This document shows positions 1 through 8,933 of a stretch of 64,000 nucleotides of DNA, one piece after another. The translations under genes and the position numbers were made by a program. Origin of the DNA: Acidobacteriota bacterium. Lineage in GTDB: Bacteria; Acidobacteriota; UBA6911; RPQK01; JAJDTT01. The notes under the pieces are model-generated. The model was not told where the DNA came from and did no database searches. It saw only the letters and a list, made by a program, of their open reading frames with translations. Within the stretch, counting starts at the first letter, position 1, and each line of letters begins with the position of its first letter. The stretch is from NCBI GenBank assembly GCA_965217775.1, contig CBDCJH010000002.1, forward strand, positions 2,944,001 to 3,008,000, in the 5' to 3' direction.

Positions 1-1414
1 AGACGGCCACGGGACGGACAGTGAAGGTCTGCTCGATCCGGGCGCAAACTCGCTCCGCCAAACGCGGCAGATTGATTTCCGAGTTCAGGCTCTTGCCGAA
101 ATCCGCAAACGACTGACGATAGTCGTAGGTCTCCGGATAGTAGTAGCGATCCAGGCGCTGCTGAATCTTGTTCTTCACCGGTGCGAACAGGAAGGCCGCC
201 ACTAAGGCCGAAACGGCGAAAACCGAGAAGTCGGAATGGGGGGAGAGACCGAACAGGGTTCCACCGACCAGCAGGACCACCCCCACATAAAAAACCAGCA
301 GGACCCAACTGGCCAGGACGTAGGCCGCGCTTTCGCGGAAGATCAGTTCCACGTCCATCAATCGGTACCGGATGATGGCGTATCCGAAACACAAAGGAAG
401 GAGCGCCAGACTCAAGATCGACATCTCCATGACCGGATGGATGGGAAAACCCAGGAAAAAGGGTCCGGCATACAGAATCAGGAACGGGACCAGGGCGATG
501 AGGGTCCCATGGGACACCCACTTCATCTGCCTGCGGTGAAGGGCCGTCCGTGCCTGCCGGCCGGATTGGATGAGCAGACCGGCTCCCAGACAGAAGAAGA
601 TCCCCAAATGGGACAGATGAATCTTGTCGAAGAAGTGGGCGATCCCCGGACTTCGCGCCAACCCCAGCGGCTGCAGAGACCCCAGGAACCAAGCCACGTG
701 GATCGCCAGTAGCGTGACCGCCGGAAGATAGAAGGCAGCCCCCAGCTTTCCCCGCGGATCCAGCCATCGCTGGGCCTCGGGAAAAGTCGCGCAGAAATGG
801 AGAAACAAGGGAGGAAGCAGCAGCAGGGCCACCGACCCGACCCAATAAATCAGGAGATCGAAGGGATCGCCGCGACCGGAGTACCGGTACAGATACAGGC
901 AGAAAGAAACCAGGCAGAGCAGAAAAAAGTGGAGTGCGCCCGGGGACTGGTGCTTTCGCAGAAAGACGAACAGTCCGATGGAGAGGTGGAGCAGGGCTAC
1001 CAGCACCAGAAGGCCGTCGGTCCGGCCGAGCCCCGACTCGATCTCCAGCCGCACTTCGTGTTGGCTCCGATCGCCTCCGGGTGTCTTCCGGATCAGATAC
1101 GTCGCCGGCATGCCAGGGGGAACGGCCCCGGCCAAGACTTCCATCACCTCGACATAGTCGTCGAGAGACCGGATCTCGATACCCCCCAGCTCCAGCAGCC
1201 GGTCTCCGGTCTCGATTCCGGCACGCGGCCCACCGCCCGCCGGATCCCGGATCCGATGGGCGACCACGTTCCCGCTGCTTGCTTCGGTCCAGACGATCCC
1301 GTCAGAGACCTCGCCCCAAGTCGACCGATCCAGAAGATTCAGGACGCCGAGATAGACGGCGACGGCGGAGGCCAGGACGACCAGGACAGCCTTCAGTTGG
1401 AAGCCACGAAGCAT
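1..1414 (-). CDS. Membrane sensor protein (N-terminal TM, PDZ-like domain, multi-TM region, start of GAF), probably a histidine kinase or phosphatase; truncated at window edge
   Basis: Not in ORF track because it runs off the edge. Manual translation from ATG at 1414: MLRGFQLKAVLVVLASAVAVYLGVLNLLDR..., PDZ-like GPRAGIETGDRLLELGG, several hydrophobic helices, then FGYAIIRYRLMDVELIFR and KIQQRLDRYYY. RBS GAGGGGAG upstream. Confidence 0.8.
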   Translation of the reverse strand, partial: MLRGFQLKAVLVVLASAVAVYLGVLNLLDRSTWGEVSDGIVWTEASSGNVVAHRIRDPAGGGPRAGIETGDRLLELGGIEIRSLDDYVEVMEVLAGAVPPGMPATYLIRKTPGGDRSQHEVRLEIESGLGRTDGLLVLVALLHLSIGLFVFLRKHQSPGALHFFLLCLVSFCLYLYRYSGRGDPFDLLIYWVGSVALLLLPPLFLHFCATFPEAQRWLDPRGKLGAAFYLPAVTLLAIHVAWFLGSLQPLGLARSPGIAHFFDKIHLSHLGIFFCLGAGLLIQSGRQARTALHRRQMKWVSHGTLIALVPFLILYAGPFFLGFPIHPVMEMSILSLALLPLCFGYAIIRYRLMDVELIFRESAAYVLASWVLLVFYVGVVLLVGGTLFGLSPHSDFSVFAVSALVAAFLFAPVKNKIQQRLDRYYYPETYDYRQSFADFGKSLNSEINLPRLAERVCARIEQTFTVRPVAV

Positions 1415-1504
1415 GAACGGCTCCCCTCAGAAACGGCCGGCAACGGAAATGACGCACACGTCGGCGACGCTTTTCATAACCCTTCCAATACCCCACCATT
1501 CGTC

Positions 1505-1520
1505 CGCAAGATCGGTGCCA
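1505..1520 (-). promoter_or_regulatory. sigma-54 (-24/-12) promoter upstream of the sensor gene
   Basis: Minus strand reads TGGCAC-CGATC-TTGCG, matching TGGCAC-N5-TTGC, about 90 bp upstream of the ATG at 1414. A near-IHF site (TATCAAGAGATTT) lies at 1539-1551. Confidence 0.7.
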
Positions 1521-1717
1521 TCTACCGGTCGACCCACGAAATCTCTTGATAAGAAGAGGGATTCTCCTCCCTGCGAGAAGGCCGGCGCACCCCTGACGGA
1601 GAATTCAGTCCAATCTCTCGTACGAGATCCAATAATTTGGATTATCGGCATGCGTCCCCCGGATCAGAGCGTTACCGGGAGTCCTGCTTCCCGAACAGCA
1701 GGAACAGCGGTGGGAAA

Positions 1718-3502
1718 TCAGAACCGGACCGTGACTCCGCCCCGAACGGACCTTGGGTTTTGGGCCAGAACGACGCTTCCACCCGGACCGTTCGAGACCA
1801 CGCCAAGGTCCTCATTGGTGAGATTGCGGATATCCAAAAGCGCCTCGATCCGGCGGCCGTTGAGGAAGTCCAGACCGAGGAAGCTCAAGATGCTGTCGGG
1901 AATGGGTATGATCTGACGAATAAAGAGATTCAGACCCTTGTTGCCGGTCTCGTAGGCATCCGAGAGCGCGTCCAAAGGGGTCACGGGGTCGCCGTCAGTC
2001 ACGAATTTGACCACGGCCGTCAACTCGGTCCGAGTCGTCGGTATGAACACGCCCAGCTCGGTGTCGACAGCGCCGTAGCCCGTTCTCTTCAACATACGGC
2101 CGACATCCGCCGTTTCCAGCACCAGGGTGTACCCGGTGGGAACCACACTGACGCCCGTGCCGCGGATATAGGAAACGCCGGCACGAACATTGCGGGTGAT
2201 ACCCTGGCGCAACGTCAACCGATTGCCCCAGGTCCGGGCCTGATCGTCCGTGAGCCGGACCAGATCCGGGTCCGGGGAACTGGTGAAAAAAGCCATGAAG
2301 GGAACGGTTCCGCCGAAGAACTGGTCCTGGAAGCGGGCCAACTCCAACTCGGTGTTTTCCCAGAGCTTGTAGGCCAGACTTCCCCGGTAGTGCCGCGAGG
2401 TGCCGAATTCCAATCGATTGTCGATCCACGAGATCTTGACGGCATCCGAGAGACCCACGGTACGGCCGTCTTCCAAGGTCACGGAATTCTGGTAGAGAGT
2501 CGGCCGCTTCGACGCCATGGTCACCCGCAAACGGGCGCGGGGCACAGGTCGCAGGGTCAATTCGGCGCTTGGACTCAGGGTCGAATAGTTATAGGTCGAT
2601 CGAACCTTGTTCAGCTCGAGTCCCCAGGTCAGGGCCAGGGTGTCCCCCCATGAGAATCTGTCTTCGAAACCCACGCTGAGGATGTTGGTGGTGCCGGCGG
2701 CATTGGTGAAATCCACATCACGACCCAGAGCTCCGGGATTCCCCAGCAGGGCCATTCTGGGCTGATGGACACCGATCCGGCCGTGGCCGAGAAACACCCT
2801 CACCGAGTGGCGATCACTCAGCGACTGGTCCATGAACGCCTTGATCCGCCAGAGCGAATCCTCGCCCGAATTCAACTGGCCTGCGAAGATGTAGTCGCGG
2901 CCGCCGGGGAGACTCTGCACCATGCCGAAATTCGCCGTGGTCGCTCCCGCGGAGTCGTCGGGAAGGCGGAGATAGTCTCCGCCATGGCCCACGTTGGAAT
3001 AGACCTGGAAAACCGCGCTTTCGAACCAGGGGTTGGTTCGTCCCTCCAGCAACTCGGGAAGATGGCGGAAAATGAGCCTCGGGTCGGCATTGCGAAGCAG
3101 CGCCTTGAAGCTGACGTTGCGGCCTCCCAACCCTTCGACGTCCAGCAACTCCTGCAACACCAGGGTCATCACCGCCGTCTGTCCGGGAAGAATCTCCACC
3201 GGACCCGCCTTCCGCACCGCGTACTGACTGCTCTTGACCAGGACCCTGTAGGAACCCGCCCTCATATTCTTGAAGAACAGCCGGCCCGACTCGTCGCTAC
3301 GGGTCAGAACCGGCAAGCCGTCGTCGGAGGAGCTTTCCGTCAGCGTCACCAGTACGTCGGAAACCGGGAGCCCGGATTCGTCCTGCACCAAGCCGAGGAG
3401 CTGTCCCCGGGCGGACCCTTGAACCGGCATTCCGGACAGAAATAGGAGAACACCGAGTAGAAACAGGTGAACTGGCAGACGACCTATTGAAGGACAGGTC
3501 AT
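1718..3502 (-). CDS. Outer-membrane beta-barrel protein with N-terminal carboxypeptidase-regulatory-like domain (TonB-receptor-like)
   Basis: Signal peptide; GLVQDESGLPVSDVLVTL...GSYRVLV CarboxypepD_reg-like motif; amphipathic beta-strands; C-terminal Phe (GGVTVRF). Confidence 0.75.
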   Translation of the reverse strand: MTCPSIGRLPVHLFLLGVLLFLSGMPVQGSARGQLLGLVQDESGLPVSDVLVTLTESSSDDGLPVLTRSDESGRLFFKNMRAGSYRVLVKSSQYAVRKAGPVEILPGQTAVMTLVLQELLDVEGLGGRNVSFKALLRNADPRLIFRHLPELLEGRTNPWFESAVFQVYSNVGHGGDYLRLPDDSAGATTANFGMVQSLPGGRDYIFAGQLNSGEDSLWRIKAFMDQSLSDRHSVRVFLGHGRIGVHQPRMALLGNPGALGRDVDFTNAAGTTNILSVGFEDRFSWGDTLALTWGLELNKVRSTYNYSTLSPSAELTLRPVPRARLRVTMASKRPTLYQNSVTLEDGRTVGLSDAVKISWIDNRLEFGTSRHYRGSLAYKLWENTELELARFQDQFFGGTVPFMAFFTSSPDPDLVRLTDDQARTWGNRLTLRQGITRNVRAGVSYIRGTGVSVVPTGYTLVLETADVGRMLKRTGYGAVDTELGVFIPTTRTELTAVVKFVTDGDPVTPLDALSDAYETGNKGLNLFIRQIIPIPDSILSFLGLDFLNGRRIEALLDIRNLTNEDLGVVSNGPGGSVVLAQNPRSVRGGVTVRF

Positions 3503-3522
3503 AAGTTTTCTTTCAATTCCAC

Positions 3523-3551
3523 ATTCTAGGTATCATCGCGAATATAGTCAA
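3523..3551 (-). promoter_or_regulatory. sigma-70 promoter for the beta-barrel gene
   Basis: Minus strand TTGACT-17 nt-TAGAAT, 20 bp upstream of ATG 3502. Confidence 0.7.
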
Positions 3552-3682
3552 TTCGCCGTCGCATTTTGAATCCACGGGCCTTCCCCCGTTCCTCCCACTC
3601 ACTCCCGGCGCCTTCCTTTTTCGCTCCTGAGACGAGTGTATACTCCGGCCATGACCCCCGTTCTCGATCCAATTCTTGTCCC

Positions 3683-4441
3683 ATGATCGTCCATGGGGTC
3701 CATGCCGTCCGGGAGGCGTTGGCTGCGGAGAATCCCAAGGTCGAGAAGATTCTGATCCGGAGACGGAGTCTGAATCCAAGACTGCAGGGAATCGTCGAGG
3801 CGGCTCGCCAGCGCGGAATTCCGATCCGATTCGAGGCCGCGTCCCGGGCTTCCGCAGCCAAGGGGCGACAGCGTCATTCAGAGGTCTCCGCCCGGGTTTC
3901 CGGTGCCTCTCCGGTCCCTCTCGATCATATCCTGAGCCAGCAGCCAAGCCTGTTGCTCGCCGTTGACGGCGTCCAGGACCCCAACAATCTGGGCGCCCTC
4001 CTGAGAACGGCGGAGGCGGTCGGAGTCGACGGAGTCCTGATCCCGCGGCGCCGTTCCTGTTCCATCACTTCCAGCGTGGTCACTTCCAGCGCCGGAGCCG
4101 CCCTTCATCTGAGGATCTGCCGCGTTTCCAACCTGTCTCGCACCCTGGACAAACTCAAGCAGACGGGATTCTGGATCGTGGGCTTGGACCCGAAGGGCTC
4201 GACCGGCCTGAACCGGATCGACGCCACGTTGCGCCTGGTCGTGGTCGTGGGCGGTGAACACCAGGGTCTGCGCCGGCTCGTGCGCCGGCAGTGCGACTTC
4301 CTCGCAGCCCTGCCCATGCAGGGACGGGTCGCATCCCTGAACCTGTCGGTGGCGGCGGGAGTCCTGCTGTACCACATCATTCTTCGCAGAACTAGCGGGG
4401 CTCCAGAATCAGGTTCCGCCACCGATCCACACGACCCTTGA
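3683..4441 (+). CDS. rlmB: 23S rRNA (guanosine-2'-O)-methyltransferase RlmB (SpoU family)
   Basis: IVHGVHAVREAL; DGVQDPNNLGALLRTA; VVGGEHQGLR; LPMQGRVASLNLSVAAG SpoU motifs. Start moved to ATG 3683. Confidence 0.9.
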   Translation: MIVHGVHAVREALAAENPKVEKILIRRRSLNPRLQGIVEAARQRGIPIRFEAASRASAAKGRQRHSEVSARVSGASPVPLDHILSQQPSLLLAVDGVQDPNNLGALLRTAEAVGVDGVLIPRRRSCSITSSVVTSSAGAALHLRICRVSNLSRTLDKLKQTGFWIVGLDPKGSTGLNRIDATLRLVVVVGGEHQGLRRLVRRQCDFLAALPMQGRVASLNLSVAAGVLLYHIILRRTSGAPESGSATDPHDP

Positions 4442-6407
4442 ATCCGGGAGGAATCAAGGTGGTGGCGCTGTATTCGCTGATCACGGCGGGCGCCTTGAGC
4501 CGAGTCCCAGGCCGTAGCCGGTCGCGATCGTAAAAACGGGCCAATCGGCGCCTCCCCTGGAAAAGGACCTTTCTTTTTTCTTCGGCGACGGCCCGGGGCG
4601 GCTTCTTGGGGATGGTGGCAGCTTCCGGAAGCGGCAGCTCGGCGTGGTTGCCCGAGGCCCGAACCCGCAGTGTCACGACTTCCACGGCGAGACCAGGATT
4701 GGAGTATCCGTAGAGCCTCTCATGCTTCTTGTGAAAAGCTCGCACCAGGTTGCGCGAGAAGGGAACGTTGATTTCGTAACCTTGCCCCAGGTACCGGAGG
4801 TCCACGCTCCGCTGGAGTTGGATCCGCTCCTCCGCGAACCCGTCCTGAGCCAACTGGCGGCGCGCCTGATCCATCAGGGGCGCCAGCCTTTTCTGGAGGC
4901 GGCGTGACACGTTGGCATTGCTGAAGGCAAGACGGACGGTACGCGAGAGATCCCGGACCACCTGCGAGCCCATCATTCCCCAGGCGGAGACCAGACCCGG
5001 GCTGGAAGGGATCATGACCCGCGGAATCATCAGAGATCGAGCCAGCTCGCAGGCATGGAGCCCGCCCGCGCCGCCGTAGCTCACCAGGGTGAAGTCCCGG
5101 GTGTCGTGGCCCTTTTCCAGGGAGATCATCCGCAAGGCCGTTTCCATCTGGGTGTTTGCGATCTTGATGATTCCCTCGGAAAGTTCCTCGGGTGACCAGG
5201 AATGCTCCTGGAGCCGGCTGGCAAGCTGGCTCAGGTACCTGGGCAGCCGTCCTGAATCGATTTTCATCTCTCCGCCCAGAAAGCGTTCGGAGTCGATTCT
5301 GCCCAAAAAGAGGTTGGCGTCGGTCACGGTGATGTTCCGTCCCCGTCCGTAGCAGACGGGACCCGGACTGGACCCGGCGCTCCTGGGACCCACCCGCAGC
5401 AGCCCCCCGGAATCGACCCATGCAATGGAGCCGCCGCCCGCTCCGACGGAACGAATGGGGATCATCTGCACGGGCAGAGGAAACCGGTCCACCTCGGCCT
5501 CACCGGTGCTGGGTACACGCTGGTCGCAGAGGCAGACGTCGGTGGACGTGCCCCCCATGTCCAGAGTGATGATCCGGTCGTAGCCGGCCTGCCGGGCCAG
5601 CTTGAAGGCTCCGACGACTCCTCCCGCCGGCCCCGAAAAAAGAGTTCGCACCGGATCGACCGGGGTCGAGGACAGGGGCGCCGTCCCACCATTGGACTGC
5701 ATGATGGTGAGACGGCCCTGCCCCAGCAGAGGGCTCGAGCCCAAAGCTTCCAGATAGCGGTTGACCACCGGAATCAGGTACGCGTTGATGACGGTCGCCG
5801 ACGTTCGTTCGTATTCACGGAACTCGGGCAGGACCCGGCTGGAGAGACTGACCGGTATTCCGGTGTCCCGCAGCGCCTTGCCGACGAGCTCCTCGTGACG
5901 TGGATTGACGTAACTGTGCAGCAGGACCACCGCGATGGCCTGGGGCGACTGACGCCGCACCCTTTCCAGGAGCCGGTCCAGAGTCTCCCGTTTCAGCGGC
6001 TCCGGCCGCGTTCCGTCGTGAAGCGTCCGTTCCTCGATTCCGAGGCGCCGGCTGCGCGGAACCAGCGGCGTGACCCGGGGCGCGGTCAGACTGTACAGAT
6101 GGGCCCGGTTCTGGCGCCCGATCTCCAGAACGTCCTGGAAACCCTCGGTCGTCACCAGCAGGATCTTGGCCCCCTTGCGCTCCAGCAACGCATTGGTGCC
6201 GACGGTGAAGCCGTGTTGAACCAGGGCGGGAGCGTCCCCGAGAATTCGGGCCAACCCCTCCAGCACCGCCTGCTCCGGCGTCGCCGGCGTCGAGGGCAGC
6301 TTCAGGAATTCGATCCCGCCCTCACGGCAGACCACGAAATCGGTGAAGGTGCCGCCGGTGTCGACCCCGACGCGCAACAGAGACTCAGGATCGCCCACAC
6401 TCTCCAT
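4392..6407 (-). CDS. Hydantoinase A / 5-oxoprolinase alpha-subunit family protein
   Basis: VGVDTGGTFTD, SGPAGGV, DMGGTSTDV, GAGGGSIAW, YGGAGGLHA motifs. The 3' end overlaps the rlmB 3' end by 50 bp. No B subunit in the window. Confidence 0.9.
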   Translation of the reverse strand: MESVGDPESLLRVGVDTGGTFTDFVVCREGGIEFLKLPSTPATPEQAVLEGLARILGDAPALVQHGFTVGTNALLERKGAKILLVTTEGFQDVLEIGRQNRAHLYSLTAPRVTPLVPRSRRLGIEERTLHDGTRPEPLKRETLDRLLERVRRQSPQAIAVVLLHSYVNPRHEELVGKALRDTGIPVSLSSRVLPEFREYERTSATVINAYLIPVVNRYLEALGSSPLLGQGRLTIMQSNGGTAPLSSTPVDPVRTLFSGPAGGVVGAFKLARQAGYDRIITLDMGGTSTDVCLCDQRVPSTGEAEVDRFPLPVQMIPIRSVGAGGGSIAWVDSGGLLRVGPRSAGSSPGPVCYGRGRNITVTDANLFLGRIDSERFLGGEMKIDSGRLPRYLSQLASRLQEHSWSPEELSEGIIKIANTQMETALRMISLEKGHDTRDFTLVSYGGAGGLHACELARSLMIPRVMIPSSPGLVSAWGMMGSQVVRDLSRTVRLAFSNANVSRRLQKRLAPLMDQARRQLAQDGFAEERIQLQRSVDLRYLGQGYEINVPFSRNLVRAFHKKHERLYGYSNPGLAVEVVTLRVRASGNHAELPLPEAATIPKKPPRAVAEEKRKVLFQGRRRLARFYDRDRLRPGTRLKAPAVISEYSATTLIPPGFKGRVDRWRNLILEPR

Positions 6408-6501
6408 CACGTGCTGTCCCGAGTTTGTCCTTTCTATCGAATTCCAGCGCCGCGGCCGGACGCCCACCCTTTCCCCGTCATCCGGTTCAGGCCTGAGAAG
6501 A

Positions 6502-6510
6502 TGCTACAAT
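6502..6510 (+). promoter_or_regulatory. Putative extended -10 promoter for the ntrY-like operon
   Basis: TGcTACAAT upstream of the MITE and of ATG 6726; no clear -35. Confidence 0.45.
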
Positions 6511-6564
6511 ACCGAAGATTCGGGAAACCTGACAAGCGTGCCCCGGGGCGCTTTCCGACCCTAG

Positions 6565-6712
6565 CAGCCCGTGACAGAAGTCGTCACGGCATTCGACCGG
6601 GTCTGCATCCCGGCGGACGGCGTTGCTCTTCGGTTACATACTCCCTCAGAGCGCCTTGTCCGGCGGGCGCAGCCACGGTCTCGGTGCTACGCGGGACCTT
6701 TGCCACGGACTG
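6565..6712 (+). mobile_element. MITE copy 1 (IS5-like non-autonomous element, internally deleted)
   Basis: Ends CAGCCCGTGACAGAAGT ... ACCTTTGCCACGGACTG, flanked by CTAG/CCAG. Colinear with copies at 11372, 25704 and 31029. Confidence 0.85.
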
Positions 6713-6725
6713 CCAGGCCGACATC

Positions 6726-8933
6726 ATGAAGCGGCTCGAACGACTCCGGAGAATCTACTGGACGGGAGCGCTTCTCGCCGTCTCCGCGCTCCTGGTCATC
6801 GTAGCCATTCTCTTTCTGAACCCGACCTCCGTCGGCAACCCCCGATTCGTCTCGAATCTGACTCTCTGGTCCGCGGTCTGGGCCATCTACTTCATTGTGG
6901 CTCTGACCCTTCTGTTCATTTTCGCCCGGAATCTCATCAAGCTGCTCTTCGAGCATCGATCCAGCCGGGGACGCACCCGTCTGAAGCGGAAGCTGGTGCT
7001 GACCCTGACCATCATCTCCCTCTTTCCGGCGCTGATTCTCTTTTTCGTGGCGTCCGGACTCATCAACGAGAACCTCAAGCTCTGGTTCAGTTCCCCCTCC
7101 GAGGACCTTCTGGAAGCGGCTGAGATCATTGCCGCAAGCTATTACGAAGAGAAGAAGACCGTGAGCATGGTTGCGGCGCGCGCCCTCACCGGTCAGATCG
7201 ATTGGAACAGCTTCAGCTTCGACTCCGCTTTGCTCGGCCGCCTTGCCGATCTCGGGTTCAACGGCCTGATCCTGGTGGATCGGGACCGGAAGATCCGATT
7301 CCGGCAAGGCGATTGGGCGGATGCATCCTGGGACCGGGCGCTGGATCGGATCCTGGAAGGCAGCGAGTACTATGCCGTTTCCTTTCAGGCCGACCAGAAC
7401 CGGCGCAGGTTCGTGGACCGGGGATTGGCTGCGGTTCCGGCTCGAGGTTCCGAGGGCTCGGTGCTGGGGGGCCTGGTGGCCAGCTTCGTCCTGCCCGACA
7501 GCGTCGCCTTCCGCAATCTGGAAGTGCAGACCGCGTCGGAGAAGCATCGCCAGTTGATGAGCAAACGGCAACAGTTCGAAAAAAGCTACTTCTTGATTAT
7601 GGCGGTCACCACCCTGGTCGTGGTGGTCGTTTTCGTCTGGCTGGGCAGCTACATGGCCAGAAGAATCACGGTTCCGCTGGAGGCCCTGGCCCAGGGCGCA
7701 CGGGAGCTTGCCGAAGGGCATCTCGACCACCGGGTGGAGCAGAAGGCGGTGGACGAGTTGGGGATCCTGGTTGACTCCTTCAACCGGATGGCCGACGAGA
7801 TCCACCATAGCCGGCGGCGGCTGGAGCAGGCCAACGCCGAGTTGCGGGAGACCAACCAGCGCCTGGACGAACGCCGGAAGTACATCGAGACCATCCTCGA
7901 GAATATCGCCACCGGCGTGGTGAGCGTCGATCGGAATGATGTGATTCGCACCGCCAACAAGGCGGCCATGGAAATGTTCGGGGCGGGACCGGAGCAGATC
8001 CTGAACCGGCCCTTGACCCGCGTTCTGGAACCGGATGTCTACGCCGATTTTCAAGATATGAAAAACCGCGTGAGCCTGTTCAGCACCGACCGGCGACGGG
8101 TCAACTTCAAGCGAGGCCAGGGGCAACTGCCACTCACCGTCACCGTCACCACCACCGACCTGCCGTTCAAGAACGGCGTCGAGCACCTGGTCGTCCTGGA
8201 CGACCTCACGGAACTGATCCGGGCGGAGAAATTCGCCGCCTGGCAGGAGGTCGCCAGACGCCTGGCTCACGAGATCAAGAACCCGCTGACCCCGATTCAA
8301 CTCTCGGCCGACCGCATCCGGAACCGCTTCCACAGGATCGAGATAACCCTCCCCAAGACTCGAGAGACCCGCGCCTTTGGCGAGGCGTTGACAGAAGCGA
8401 CCACACTGATCACCGCAGAGGCGGCCACACTCAAGACCCTGGTCGAGGAGTTCTCCCGTTTCGCACGGCTTCCCATCTGCCATCCCGTGGAGATCGATCC
8501 GGCCAAACTCGTGGAACAGACCCTCGCCCGCTACGACGGGGCCTTGAAGAGCGTCGGGGTGAGCACCCGTTTCGACCCCAGAATCAAGACCGTGCGCTGG
8601 GACCCGGTCCAGATTCAACGGGTCTTCGTCAACCTGATCGACAACTCCCTCGATGCCCTGGTCGAAGTCAAGGGCCGCCGTCAGATCGAGATTCGCAGCC
8701 GTTACAATCCAGTGCGAGGTTCGGTGGTGGTCGAATTCGAAGACAACGGAACCGGGATCGCCCCGGAAGACTACGAGAATCTCTTCCTCCCCTACTTCTC
8801 CACCAAGAAGAGGGGCACAGGCCTGGGGCTGGCCATCGTGAGACAGATCGTCTCCGAGCACAACGGTTTCATCCGGGCGGAACGGAACGAGCCCCGCGGC
8901 ACCCGCTTCATCATGGAGTTTCCGTACCTATGA
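6726..8933 (+). CDS. NtrY-like sensor histidine kinase (TM, HAMP, PAS, HisKA, HATPase)
   Basis: AWQEVARRLAHEIKNPLTPIQLSA is an NtrY-type H-box; FVNLIDN, DNGTGI, PYFSTKKRGTGLGL. Start at MKRLERLRR (6726). Confidence 0.9.
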   Translation: MKRLERLRRIYWTGALLAVSALLVIVAILFLNPTSVGNPRFVSNLTLWSAVWAIYFIVALTLLFIFARNLIKLLFEHRSSRGRTRLKRKLVLTLTIISLFPALILFFVASGLINENLKLWFSSPSEDLLEAAEIIAASYYEEKKTVSMVAARALTGQIDWNSFSFDSALLGRLADLGFNGLILVDRDRKIRFRQGDWADASWDRALDRILEGSEYYAVSFQADQNRRRFVDRGLAAVPARGSEGSVLGGLVASFVLPDSVAFRNLEVQTASEKHRQLMSKRQQFEKSYFLIMAVTTLVVVVVFVWLGSYMARRITVPLEALAQGARELAEGHLDHRVEQKAVDELGILVDSFNRMADEIHHSRRRLEQANAELRETNQRLDERRKYIETILENIATGVVSVDRNDVIRTANKAAMEMFGAGPEQILNRPLTRVLEPDVYADFQDMKNRVSLFSTDRRRVNFKRGQGQLPLTVTVTTTDLPFKNGVEHLVVLDDLTELIRAEKFAAWQEVARRLAHEIKNPLTPIQLSADRIRNRFHRIEITLPKTRETRAFGEALTEATTLITAEAATLKTLVEEFSRFARLPICHPVEIDPAKLVEQTLARYDGALKSVGVSTRFDPRIKTVRWDPVQIQRVFVNLIDNSLDALVEVKGRRQIEIRSRYNPVRGSVVVEFEDNGTGIAPEDYENLFLPYFSTKKRGTGLGLAIVRQIVSEHNGFIRAERNEPRGTRFIMEFPYL

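Noticed and set aside
4392-4441. 50-bp 3' overlap of rlmB and the oxoprolinase gene
   Set aside because: Short convergent overlaps with non-conserved tails are common in GC-rich genomes.
5895-6725. N-terminal extensions in the ORF track (NtrY from 5895, KatG from 22875, PQQ-DH from 27845)
   Set aside because: They overlap other genes or repeats; downstream starts with signal peptides or family N-termini fit better.
6687-8861. Long antisense and alternate-frame ORFs (e.g. 6687-8861, 8792-10297, 15104-16912, 46727-48370, 57725-59434, 60477-62138)
   Set aside because: Shadow ORFs opposite recognisable genes, expected from high GC3; no motifs of their own.
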